Part shown: positions 13,196 through 25,266 of the stretch, piece by piece | Numbering within the stretch: the first letter of the stretch is position 1 | Layout: each line of letters starts with the position of its first letter | From: Octopus sinensis | Taxonomy: Eukaryota | Direction: 5' to 3' | Assembly: GCF_006345805.1 (NCBI RefSeq) | Contig: NC_042999.1 | Span: 38,626,001 to 38,690,000, forward strand | DNA: 64,000 bases | Program-made: the position numbers and the translations under genes | Notes under the pieces: generated by a model | What the model was told of the DNA's origin: nothing | The model's database searches: none | Seen by the model: only the letters and a program-made list of their open reading frames with translations

Positions 13196-14522
13196 AGAGT
13201 TACACACACACATACATACACACACACGCACGTACACACACAAGCAGACACACACAGACACACAGACACACGCACGCACGCACACACACACATATGATTA
13301 CTTAACAAGAATATGCCTGCAGAATTATTCTGAATTTATTAGCAAAAGCATCGAAATGTTATTCAAATACATATTTTTATTTCAGTAAATGCAGTGTCAA
13401 ATGCCCCATGCATTCGTCTGTTAAATTCTATTATTCAGCGTACGTAATGTATAAGCAATTTTATCAAAGTCATATGCACAAAACAGAAATACGAACTCTA
13501 GCTTATATTGCCAAGATAGTATAGGTGATGCTTAAATGTGCTAAAGTTCCTTTCTGTTTATATGATCATCCTTCAGGACATGTCAAATTCCTTATATAAA
13601 GAAATTTAACATATTGTAAGACATTCCTCTTGTCACAGTGCCAGAAATATGTGTAAGTATTTATGGATTCCAGGCTAGTGTTCAAAACTGCCAAATTCTA
13701 TAATAGAAAAATATAATTCGATGACGTGTAGTGATGGCAACTTCTCATTTATGCAGATAGGGTGTGTTCTATAACATACAAAACTATTTATATTCAGATT
13801 TAAGAGAAACCATTCTATATTTTAGAGTGAGAAATTCACTTCTTATCATTTACTGGTTGTTTGACTTTTTACAAATACAACGGTTCCGATATACATACAA
13901 TTGAGAAAACCGTGATAAATAAAAATGCTTATCTCGCTTATGAAAGAAATGATACGAAATACAGAGCGCACTGCTAAATGACTTATACACTGAGTTGTAA
14001 AAGAAAGGCCAACGAAAATGTATACATGCGGTTAATAGACAAAACTTTCAGATGCGTTTCAGATTTAAAGAAACGATACAAAAGAAAAAGATAATTTTAA
14101 TGTAGTCACCCGTTTAGAAATAAAATTTAGGCTCTATAGAAAATGCAGATCGGGAATATCAGATTTTAAAAGACAAACTGGGAAAGCAGCGGAAAGTTTT
14201 CTGTAACATTAATCATACTAAATAAAGAATGTTTCGTGTTGTTGCTAAGATTAAGGAACACAAATATATATATCGAGAAAGATATGAAGGGAGTGTAGTG
14301 ATCTATGTTATGTATATCTACGTCTTCTAAAATAAGTAAACATTATCTAATGCTATGCAAAGAGGGTAGAGACTAAAATATAAAATGCAATGAGTTAGAA
14401 AACTTTGATCAACTGAAACTATACAGAAGCTGATGGACGATTTACAAATATAGCACCCATATAAGATTCAATTATATTAGTTTTAAATAAGAGAAGGAAT
14501 TCGCACCAACAAAACAACCATC

Positions 14523-14981
14523 GGATCTTTTCGATTTGAACGGCAGTTTTTAACATAATTTCTAGGTAACTAAAGAATTTTAAATTTCGTATACTGGTAG
14601 AATGTGTCTATAAAACAGCTTTTTCTCTTGGCTTTATTGAGAAAATTCTATAGCGTGTAACATATTAGTTTTTTTTTTTTCTTCAATTTCTGCAATTTCA
14701 ACGAATCAGTGACGTCTATTGAGTTAAAAAGCATTCTGTGCCGTATGAATATGTCCCTCGTTTAAGAAACAGATTGGGTTAATTTACATTTGTGAAGAAA
14801 AAATATACCCTTCCCCCACGCCTAACCCTAACCCTAACGTTAACCCTAACCTTAACTAACCCTAACTAGCCCTAATCCTACAAGAGATTGAAATGCAATA
14901 GATCGATTCTAGGGTCATAATTATGGGTGACAATTTCATATGACACCGCTAGAAAAACTGCCGTTCAAACCGAAGAGATCC
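14523..14981. mobile_element. Second Merlin-like element, inverted relative to 10667-11070
   Basis: Same TIRs; 8-bp TSD caaccatc at 14515-14522 and 14982-14989; longer degenerate (CCCTAA)n tract at about 14820-14880. Confidence 0.8.
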
Positions 14982-15266
14982 CAACCATCATTTGTATTGT
15001 TAGCCTTTTTAATGCCAGTATTAAATTGTTTTTATTATTAATTATAGATTTACACATTGAGTATTATATGACTCAGTGACACCGAAACGCCCCAGTCTGC
15101 ATTACACATAAAGTATACAAAATTTTCGTCAACTGATATCATTGGGGTTAGCTCGCATGCCAATGCGAGCTAACATTTCTCGCATAATTTATAGAGGTCT
15201 CAATAGTGAGAGAGCGTACTGACTATCAACGCTTTTGCTAGAAATAAGAATTAAAAAAAGCAAAAG

Positions 15267-15433
15267 CCACAAAAGCGCTGTCTTAATGACACAGTATGTT
15301 GAGCTTAACCCTAAGCGTTAAGATTCGCTGATGAAGATTAAGATGGTTTTCATCAAAATCCTAAATCGTTCTCCGACTATATACGCTGGGGACTTACCCC
15401 AGTTTGGCAGTTATTAAGACAGTGCTTTTGTGG
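15267..15433. repeat. 24-bp inverted repeats enclosing a degenerate hammerhead-like motif
   Basis: ccacaaaagcgctgtcttaatgac (15267-15290) vs gttattaagacagtgcttttgtgg (15410-15433); inside, CTGATGA-A-GATT...AATC-C-TAAA (core G12 changed). Confidence 0.55.
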
Positions 15434-15596
15434 TTCTTGAGTTTTTTGAACTCTTATTCTTAGCATAAGTGGTGCCATTAAGCACCCTCTGTCACTTTCG
15501 TGACCTGTATAAATTTTCCTTTTAGGCTCTAAATGCTAATAAGACACCCGTTTTAATTTGTGATATATATATATATATATATATATCTATATATAT

Positions 15597-15679
<83 letters not shown>

Positions 15680-15681
<2 letters not shown>

Positions 15682-16370
15682 GTGGAGTTAAATGCAGGTA
15701 TTATTCAACTTCTTTTCACTTTCGACACGTGTTTCGAAGATATCACTGCTATTATTCCAAAGAAATAAATGGTGCAAATGAATGTAATCTTCTCTTCAGG
15801 GAAATGAAGAAATGAAACTCTTCAGTAAGACATTTTAACAGAGTATGAAAGATATGTATAGTGATTAACTGAACGCTATTAAGTTTGTTTTAAATAGACG
15901 TTAGAAGATATAGCATCAAAGGTAGCCTATAGAAAGAGGAGGGGTAAAGGAAAGAAAAAAACCCCAAATAAATGAGAAGTATATGACGATATGTAAGTTA
16001 AGTAAAGCCCTAAAGTCTTGGAAAAGATATATCTAGTGAATGTGAAATGTAAGAGGAAAATTAATGTGTACATTATATATAATGATAGATATCACTTATA
16101 TGAACTTAAGGAGTGATTCTACCAACGCTTACATCAGTATGCAAGCTCTATAACCTTGTTCACAAGGGGATTTTTAGAAAAAAGAATATAAAATAGTTCA
16201 GAATTACAGAGAAGACAGAATCCTTGCTGTATATAGGTAGTTCATCTTTTCCTAATCATTACTCTACATTTAGGGATAGGAATCAACGTAACAGTACAGG
16301 GCTTAATAAATTAATTTGGTATCTAAAAGACCACAATAAACAATTTAATTAAGATAATAGTCAAACATGG
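15680..16370. mobile_element. Penelope-like element remnant: minus-strand pseudo-LTR plus plus-strand GIY-YIG fragment
   Basis: Plus strand about 16120-16370 reads ...LLYIGSSSFPNHYSTFRDRNQRNSTGLNKLIWYLKDHNKQFN (PLE GIY-YIG); minus strand carries the hammerhead motif at 15719-15804. Confidence 0.65.
15719..15804 (-). ncRNA. Type I hammerhead ribozyme-like motif
   Basis: TTTCC-CTGAAGA-GAAGAT[43 nt]ATCTTC-GAAA-CACGTG-TC-GAAAG: intact core, 6-bp stem II, palindromic stem III, GUC site; one mismatch in stem I. Confidence 0.7.
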
Positions 16371-17329
16371 ATCTAAAGAATTTCGTTATCATAATTAGCG
16401 AAGTGTATGTACATCTGCACATCTGTTTGAGATGTTTTACCATTTCCTTGATTATTTGTTATCCGTTTTAGTGACTTCTATGTTTGTTATCTGCAACACA
16501 CACAAACACGCACAGAGATACACAAACACGCATAAGAGAATATTTCATGTATGTTTACGTGTAAATTTATCCATATATATGTTCATCTACATACATGCAT
16601 ATATCTATGTGTGTGTGTTTGTGTTTGCTTCTATGTGTGCGCGTGTGAAGTGCTCGTGAGTGTCTCTGTTTACGTATAAAAATATATACTTATACAAATA
16701 TATAATTTACTTATACAAATATATATTATTGCAACTGGATATGAAGCCGGTTAATATAACCCGTTGACCGCGAAAACATATGTTCTCTGTTGCAGACAAT
16801 ATTGCATGTATCAAAGCATAAAATGCTTAATGAATACAGGATTTGCACATATAATTCTTATCTTATGAATCAAATATTCCATTTATTTTCACATTTCTCT
16901 ATTCTTTCTAAAGCTACGAAACGGTTACATTTCGGAAACCTATTCCTAGCAACACTTTTGAACAGAAACAGGCTATTCTTTTCTAATCAATAGCGTAATG
17001 CATTTTTAGTATTCTGAAATGCTTACTGATTTAGTGTAACGTGGGACATTTCTGAGCAGCAAATGGTAGTTATATCTTTGAGAAGCATTTAACCTCTAGG
17101 CTATATTCAAAACTAAATCCGTAACGACGACGTTTAGGCGTTTTTTATTGACTCATAATTCTTTCTCAATTGCATTGGCCCAGAGAATGCCAGTTATGTT
17201 CAACACTTAAGAAATAGAATGTGCTTTGAATATGATTACATGTTAATGGTAATTATATGAAGTGAATTGGCGTTTTATGTTGCCAGTGGAATGTATAGTT
17301 TTAGGAGGTATTATGCACCAATAATGTAA

Positions 17330-17496
17330 ATGTGAGCGTTTGTGTATGTGTGTGCATGTGTCTGTATGAGAGAGAGAGAGGGGGAGAGAGAGATTGTGTA
17401 TGTATATTTATATACATATTCATATATATCTGTCAATCTACAATCTATCCATCTATATCTATCTATGACATATGTATGTATATATGTATATACGTA

Positions 17497-17543
<47 letters not shown>

Positions 17544-17760
17544 TATATATATTATATATATATATATAAATGTGTATTTGTATATACGTGTATATATATA
17601 TATGTATATATATATATATGTATATATATGTATATATGTATATGTACGTATACACACACATATATACCTCTCTTCTCTATGTATGTCTATATAAGTGTAT
17701 ATATATATGTCTATATACATATGTGTGTTTGTGTTTGTGTGTGTGTGTATTATATACAGT
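17330..17760. repeat. Compound (TG)n/(AG)n/(TA)n microsatellite
   Basis: Direct reading. Confidence 0.95.
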
Positions 17761-18186
17761 TCAAGTTGTGTATGTGTGTATAATTATCTTACAACGCGTT
17801 ATGTTTGCGGTTACACACTCATATAAAACACTCATAAATAAACCACTGATATATGAAAGAATTGGTAATTGTTATAGGGCAAGAGCACTAGAGAATGCTC
17901 CGACATAAGATTTATGACTGAGTGCTGGTAAATTATTCCTTGATGATTCCTATTAGGTCATTGTTTACGTAAAATATGTTACAACAACTGCAACATTATT
18001 TTCGTATATGACTTTCACTGTTCAGAATACTGAATTAGCGTTTGCCGTTTATTTTCGGAAATGTTCATGGTTATAATATCATAATATATTACTTATGTCC
18101 TACATGTTGTGTGACTGGTCACATGAACCGTATTGACGCACGTTTACATAAACATACAGGGATACATCAACGTTTGTAATTAAAAG

Positions 18187-18232
<46 letters not shown>

Positions 18233-18234
<2 letters not shown>

Positions 18235-19120
18235 GACGAAGACAGGTGGTGTAGACTACAAACAGATGTATTAGTTTAACGCTCGGGAAGTGAAAAAGTC
18301 TTTAACATTTCGAGCCTACGCTCTTCCACAGAAAGGAACACAGAAAGAAACAAGGGGAGAAATTAAAAACGTGTAGTGGCAAGCAATCTGTCATGGCGAA
18401 TGCCGGACAGAGGAGTCACACAGGATAGATAGGAATAAGGTGAGATAATACAGTAGTGGTGATCCCAAAACTAAGGTGCGAGTGTGCGTGTATAAGAGAC
18501 CATGTATTTGCGTGTGGTAGAGGGCTGGTGACCTTGACGTGTGCGTGTAAGCATGTATAGGTGTATGGGTGGGTGTGTACGCGTATGCATGCGTAGGTGT
18601 GTGGATGATGGTGTGGGGCTGGGAAGTGGTCAGTGCTAGTGTGTGCGTGGTGGTGGGATCTGATGCGTTGTTGTGTGGTATGGTGGTGTATGGTGCGGTG
18701 GTGTGGTGTGGTGGTATCTGGTGTGGAGTGGTGGTGTGTGGTGTGGTGGTGTTGGAATATGGGGGAGGTGAGAGTAGGGAAAGCAAGAGCGAGGTGTTTG
18801 ATCGGCTGAGGGTGGGGGTAGAGGTGGCGTATGTAGCCGTGGGTGTAAGGGATGGTGTGTGGGTGGGATGGGATAGATAGGGAAGGTGGGGTTGGATTGT
18901 GTAGGGGTGGGGTTACGAGGGAGAGGTGACGATGACGAGAGAGGGGGAAGGGTGAAGGTGGGTAGGAGTGAAGAGATGTGAGAAGGAGAGTAGGAGTGAA
19001 GAGAATTAGGAGTCGGAGCAAGATAGGAGAGGTGGGTGTGAGAGGGAGAGACGAGAGGGAGGAGGGTTAGATGAAGATGGGAGGAGAGTTGAGCACGTGT
19101 GACGCAAAGAGCGAAGAGAG
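18233..19120 (-). mobile_element. PLE-type 3' end: CAC/ACC-rich low-complexity region plus terminal module with hammerhead variant
   Basis: Terminal module (18233-18400) is homologous to 61406-61612 and 44820-44945 and ends in a (TA)n tract; PLE assignment is by association with the hammerhead motif. Confidence 0.5.
18299..18335 (-). ncRNA. Hammerhead-like motif with CUGUGGA core variant
   Basis: CCTTT-CTGTGGA-A-GAGC-GTAG-GCTC-GAAA-TGT-TA-AAG. Confidence 0.45.
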
Positions 19121-19199
19121 AAAATTTATTAAAAAACTTTATTGGTGACCTTCATATGAGAAATAACTTTTAAGGTGAAAATTAAACAATTATGGATAA

Positions 19200-21060
19200 A
19201 AGCAGAAAGAAAAGATTTTCTTTGCCAATATGCTGAAAAATAGACGCGAAATCGTCTAACCACATTAAATATTTTCACTTGCATTATATAACTGAACCAT
19301 ATGCACCGAGAAACCAGCAGTTTTCCTTGAAGGGCCAAAAATTAAAACCCCTTTATCCGGTTAATCTGTCCCAGTAAATCCGATGTATGCAAAATTAGCA
19401 AAACTATCATAGACAGAATATTACCTGGAATTAAACATAATGTTGAGCTACCTCCTTGGAATTCCACTGGTGACACAATCACATGGTTCCATTCTTTCAA
19501 TTATTAACTTCGGACCAATTCGATATTTCTGATTAGTACTCATCTATAACACCAAACTTATTAAATTAAGTGGTGCATTAACATTTGCCAGAAACTATGC
19601 AACCATTTCGCTAGCTGATATGAACCTAATTTTGGCAGCTAGAAAAAATTTATTAAATTTAAACACAAAGATTGGACTAGAAGTACATCATCGGAGATTT
19701 TCGATATCCCGGTGGGATCATCTGACTCATCCGATATAATTGATCTTGTGGGTCGGAGAAATCCCCTCAGAATAAATCACGCTTTTCCAACATCGAAAAT
19801 GGACTCTACAGAAATGATGCTCTGTTTGCAATTAAAAACTTATCTGTATTTGAGATCGAATGAGGTAAGAAATCTACGATCAAATTCTTCAAAAGCTTTA
19901 ACTTAAATTTTGTTTTTGAAATAAATAATACGGTGGCTAATTCCCTGGACGTCACACTGAACCTAAACACTGACTTATAGTACGCATATAGGAAATCTAA
20001 TTGAACTTTGCAATATTTGACTTCCCTTTCTTATCACCCTATGTCAACTCTCAATAGCTTAAAAACAGCCGTATATGTCTGAACCTCGAACCTTATCTGC
20101 TAATGAGAAGATATTTAACACACATGCTCCCCAATATAATAATGCTTTGAAATTAAGTGGTTATAAGGATAATATATTTTATATTCCTGACAAAAAACTA
20201 AAGATAAAATTGGATAAATTATTCATGGGTTACAACTTTGAATCTAAATTACTGGTCTTCCCGTTAAATGAGCTGGTGAAATGTATAAATAATCGGATTA
20301 TGGGCCAAGCTCGAAAAAATAACACGCCGTCTAGAAATTACGATAATAATATATTCTATAACACTAACCATTTAAATGAAACTAAGTCCTGTAAATCAAG
20401 GAAAAGTGGAATTATATGGTTCGCCCCCTCCCCCATTCGCAGTTCAGCTCAGAAAATTGCCGAAAATATCTTTTTAGATTTTGAGGGAAAATTTCCTAAG
20501 GCATCATAACTATTACTCTGTCTTCAGTAAATCATCTGTGAAGCTTTCGTATTCTACTACTCCAAATTTAGGATCAATCATAGCCTCCATAAATTGAACA
20601 AAACTTAGACACTCTAATCATATAATCATATTAGTACTAATATAAGCAATATGGCTGGCTGCCCCACATCGGTCGAGGGTCCTGTAACTTCAATTAAATG
20701 CAGGAACAATGATGGTACACGAACTAAAACATGTAACTCTCATAACCAGGATAAATGCCCGTTTGCTGGATTTTGTTTGCGCAGTAACGTGTTTTATAAG
20801 TGCCGTGTAGAGATTCCTAACGTAAATAGGGCTTAGGTCTATATAGGAAGTACGGTTGATGTTAAGCGTCGCTACAGGCTCACTTGAACTCCTTTAATAA
20901 TTTAAGATATAAATTTTCAATAACGCTAGCCACATACATACAAGATCTCAAGTTGATCAGTACACAATATTATTTATCCTGGTCCTTTATACACAGTTAA
21001 TTTATACGCAATTTACTACTACTATCTTGACAATATTTATGATCATTCCTAGCAATGAAC
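19200..21060 (+). pseudogene. Penelope-like retroelement RT + GIY-YIG endonuclease, decayed
   Basis: SKSDVCKISKTIIDRIL...WNSTGDTITWF; FDIPVGSSDSSDIIDLVG; LDVTLNL; LSANEKIFNTHAPQYNNALKLSGY; IIWFAP; CPFAGFCLRSNVFYKCRV...YIGS; many stops and frameshifts. Confidence 0.85.
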
Positions 21061-21269
21061 TGTCAACACACACTTGCCCTTCATTCCAGACACAGTCCTC
21101 TAGTGTCGGATTTAGTAGGTGATAACAAGACAAATAATTTAGAAATAAACGACAATCCTTTACAAGCTATGACCCCAGTAAGCTCAATGCCTTTCTTGGA
21201 AGTTTAGTCTATTAGTGCACCTCTCGACAACATGGATTTCTTCCATCTTCATACTCTATTAAAATATCT

Positions 21270-21525
21270 GAGAAAAATTATATTAATGTGTCCAACTGAT
21301 TTAAATTCTAATTATTTGTACTGCTGATGATAGCCCTGAATTTAAATTGATGTAATGACTGCATTTTTCAATTAAATAGAGCCGCTTGAAACAGTCGTGC
21401 TGCATCATTTCTTGATATTCTGTTGCTTATTTCGATTTTATTCACCTTACTTCGAGCTGTGTGGACAATACCGGACTGACTTGATGCTTCAGCTTAAGTA
21501 TCCAATTGGACTGAATCTCAAATAT
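21270..21525 (+). mobile_element. PLE pseudo-LTR-like segment with degenerate hammerhead (21318-21405)
   Basis: CTGATGA-TAGC...GCTT-GAAA-CAGTCG-TG-CTGC; colinear with 23240-23495; lies just downstream of the PLE ORF. Confidence 0.6.
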
Positions 21526-21543
21526 TTCTTAACTCATCAACCA

Positions 21544-21576
<33 letters not shown>

Positions 21577-21603
21577 CACACACACACACATATATATATA
21601 TAT

Positions 21604-22290
21604 GATGGCGGTCCACTCATGACCGAGGAAGTCCATTGCTGACCTTCAGGAACATGGTCCGTTCTAGGACTAACTTACATTTTACATTTGTATCTCCGCT
21701 GGTGGCTACACGACTGCAAACATTGCAAACTAAGGTTTCCCCATTCACTACACCAGCAGTGCACTTTGGAGCAGCACGCTTAAGGTCTTCAAGCGGAATA
21801 GTGCTCTCTCAAAGGTCTCGATCCCTCCTTAAGCTGCTTCTTCCGTATGTGGCGATGATAGTCTTAGCTCTACCAGTCAGTCTCCTGCATATCATAGGCC
21901 TTTAGAGGAGGACTTGACACAGACCTTAAATCGCACCCTTCTGCCAGGTTCGCTTTCCATTAACAAGTTCCACATATGGCATTTGCCTAGGTATCCTGCT
22001 ATCCTTCATTCTAACAAGGTGTCCTGTTCAACGTAACCGGTGCTTGTGCACCATCACCTCAAAATTCAAGATATTCACTGTCCTCAGGATCTGTGTGTCT
22101 GGAGTTGTTAAGGTCCTGCCAACATTCAGAATTTGTTTGAGACATCTCTGATAAAAGCGTTCAAGGACCATTACATGACGTTTGTAAAGGGTCCATGTCT
22201 CACATGACTAAAGGAGCGATGTCAGTACACTTGAACGGTACACAGCAATTTTTGTTTCCTTTGTCATGCCATGCAGGGAGCAGACACGAG
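21604..22290 (-). pseudogene. RTE-clade LINE 3' fragment, decayed
   Basis: IAVYRSSVLTSLL..CETWTLYKRHVMVLERFYQRCLKQIL; HRLR*TGHLVRMKDSRIPRQMPYVELVNGKR; 3' UTR abuts (TA)n. Confidence 0.85.
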
Positions 22291-22911
22291 AATGAGAAAT
22301 AAAAGAATGTACACATCTTATTAATATGATGATGTGAATTGTGTAAATGTGTAGAAAAATTTTAATTTCTTGAATTTTACGTCATACGTTCTCTAATTTT
22401 ATCTATCTTGTATTTTTCAGATAAAAATTTTTCTATTATAAATTATGTAGTTAATACACACCTCCTACAAAATTTATTGTAAATGATGAACATAGTTTAC
22501 AGTATATACACTAAAGAGCCCATTCGGATAAATGAAGTAGAAATATAAGCATCTTAGCTTTCTACTGTCGTACTCCAATTTTGACCTCTACTACTGTATT
22601 TATGCATATTCATATCCGAAACACATAAGATAAGTATAGTCTTAGAGAAATACGTCCTATGTAGATTGTTCCCATACACACACACACACACATGCCGATG
22701 TGATTTTCAAATTTCTCCAGAGAATCACGAAGAATAAAATGCATAAGGAGAAACACTACATGTATCATACTCACTAAACAAAGTATACCGAGGCCCATCG
22801 CTTGCAGGAAATTATTAACGCACTATTTTCCGAACCAGTACAGCAAAAATGGACAACAAAGTAAAGGAAACGACCCTCAAAGAAGCACCGATTTATAATA
22901 ATAACTTACCT

Positions 22912-23141
22912 ATTTCTTTATTACCCACAAGGGGCTAAGCACAGAGGGAACAAACAAGGACAGACATAGGTATTAAGTCGATTACATCGACCCCAGTGCG
23001 TAACTGGTACTTAATTTATCGACCCCGAAAGGATGAAAGGCAAAGTCGACCTCGGCGGAATTTGAACTCACAACGTAACGCAGACGAAATACCGCTAAGC
23101 ATTTCGCCCGGCGTGCTAACGTTTCTGCCAGCTCGCCGCCT
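22912..23141 (-). mobile_element. SINE family B monomer, young, with 20-bp TSD
   Basis: Best-preserved copy of the family; direct repeat tttataataataacttacct at 22892-22911 and 23142-23161. Confidence 0.95.
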
Positions 23142-23239
23142 TTTATAATAATAACTTACCTCAATGCTTTTTGAAAGCAAGGAATTATTCTCCAGCTAAC
23201 ACAGCGTTATGTATATCCCTAAGCAACAATGATATCCAG

Positions 23240-23494
23240 AGTTAATGTAGTACGATCTGTTCTAATTTAATTAAATTCTATGTTTTTGCGCAACTGAAGA
23301 TTGCTGTACATTTTGAATTGAAGTAATGATTGTAATGTTCAGTTAATTGGAATTGCATGAAACGATCGTACTGCATTACCTCTGGATATCCTTGTTGCTT
23401 ATTTTGATTTTAATGACTTATTTTGAAATTTTATTGATAATACCATACTAAATTCTGGTGCCTCAACTTAAGTACCATATTTATCTGAATCTAA

Positions 23495-23495
<1 letters not shown>
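23240..23495 (+). mobile_element. Solo pseudo-LTR-like segment homologous to 21270-21525
   Basis: Shared ttaaattcta..ttt...ctga(t/a)ga...gaaac..tcgt.ctgcat...gatat.c..gttgctta...cttaagta.ca...tgaatct.aaat. Confidence 0.6.
23290..23374 (+). ncRNA. Type I hammerhead ribozyme-like motif
   Basis: GCAA-CTGAAGA-TTGC...GCAT-GAAA-CGATCG-TA-CTGC: intact core, palindromic stem III, GUA site; first pairs of stems I and II mismatched. Confidence 0.6.
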
Positions 23496-23543
<48 letters not shown>

Positions 23544-23804
23544 AATTATAGATATAGATATGTTTATGTTTATATATATTTATAAAATTTGGTAAGAAAA
23601 AAAGAATGTCTTCCCTATCTATTATTAAAAATACACTAAACGTGAACCGAGGAATTCCTTACGTATATCCTGCGACTAAAGTGGTGTACCGCGGATGAAG
23701 CCTGGTAGCCGTGAGTGGCGAACGGGATCTCAAGGCGCACTACTAGAAATATACCTAGAACAAGGTTTGGATACTACATTTTAAAGTCTCCTATTTAAAC
23801 ACAA

Positions 23805-23869
<65 letters not shown>

Positions 23870-24817
23870 CGTATATACAAATCTATCATTACACACGCAC
23901 AAACACACACAACGCACAATATTCTTATAATACTTTGAGCTACCATGATTAGGTCCATAGTCTGAAGGACGTTATCAATTATTGTCGTCCGTGGTCATAT
24001 ATGAGTGAAATATTTAGAGGGAAAATGCTAACGGCCAGAGACATGTAGTAATTCCATCTCAAGAGGTTTGTTTTCGAATATCGTATGATATATAATATTA
24101 GTTTTCAGGCTACAACTGACAGGTTATTTATAATTCTATACATTGGCTTCAAACACTTATATGGATGTATTTATTAATGTATTTTCGTGTGGAGCTTTAC
24201 CTATTATTTCCTTTGTGTCTTCAAAACAGATAATTCATAAACATATTTTTTAGATATCATCCGTCAAAACATATTTAGCTGATTAGTATTGGTTCCTTTG
24301 CAAGTTATAAGATTTGTTTTCTAAGTAGTTTGGCAGTATTTTTGAAAGATTAACTGTCTGTTAGTTGTGTAACTTGTGTCGTTATCGAAGTAATTTTATC
24401 TATAGATAGAATATTTTGCAAAGTAAAAAAACAATATTCAATATATTAACTTAAATGGCCACATTTTATTTAATATCCAAGTGTGAAGCGCAATAGGTGA
24501 TATGATGTACACTAGTGTCGTTATTGAAACGACGCTTTTTTTTAACTCATCGAAACCAATGAGTCTGTTGTGAACAGATGCAAATCTATCTCTTCCAATA
24601 GTACTAAATATTATTTACTGAGTGCAGCAAGGTCGGCTTACCTCCACTTTGAATATTTAACCTTTTACAAGATATGACTAAGTTCAGGAATCATTAAAAC
24701 TATCTATATTTTAAAGTAACTCACAGACATATACACACCTACACATACATGCTGAAATACATAAATATGCATATCTGAGTTATGAGGTTTATAGAAATTT
24801 GAGATAACTTATAGCAT

Positions 24818-25052
24818 GTGGAGGCGCAATGGCCTAGTGGTTAGGGCAGCGGACTTGCGGTCGGAGGATCGCGGTTTCGATTCCCAGACCGGGCGTTGTG
24901 TGTGTTTATTGAGCGAAAAAAACACCTAAAAGCTCCACGAGGCTCCGGCAGGAGGTGGTGATCCCTGCTGTACTCTTTCACCACTCTAAAGGCGGTGATC
25001 CAGCATGGCCGCAGTCAAAATGACTGAAACAAGTACAAAAAAAAAAAAAAAA
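24818..25052 (+). mobile_element. tRNA-derived SINE with family-A 3' tail and poly(A)
   Basis: A box TGGCCTAGTGG and B box GGTTTCGATTCCC; acceptor stem does not close, so not a tRNA gene; ends aaaggcggtgatccagcatggccgcagtcaaaatgactgaaacaagta + A-run. Confidence 0.8.
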
Positions 25053-25266
25053 TTAACAGAGAAGGATTGGATGCGCAAACTGTGAAGTGCATAATCCTCA
25101 CAAGTCTGCATTTAAGATTCGTTTGTGCTAGTTTACATTTATCTAGAATGGTTATTTAGAGTCTTTCTTCTTTCATTGCTTAGCGTCTACACAATAGCAG
25201 CTTCATTTTTGCTAGATGCAATTCCAAATAACCTCATGCATATATATGAAAAGGGAAACGGAATTA

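Noticed and set aside
18391-19021. His/Thr/Pro-rich or Val/Gly-rich ORFs
   Set aside because: Open in several frames on both strands because of (CAC/GTG)n low complexity; no recognisable domain.
24818-24895. Possible tRNA gene
   Set aside because: Has A and B boxes, but the acceptor stem does not close and it continues into SINE body and tail.
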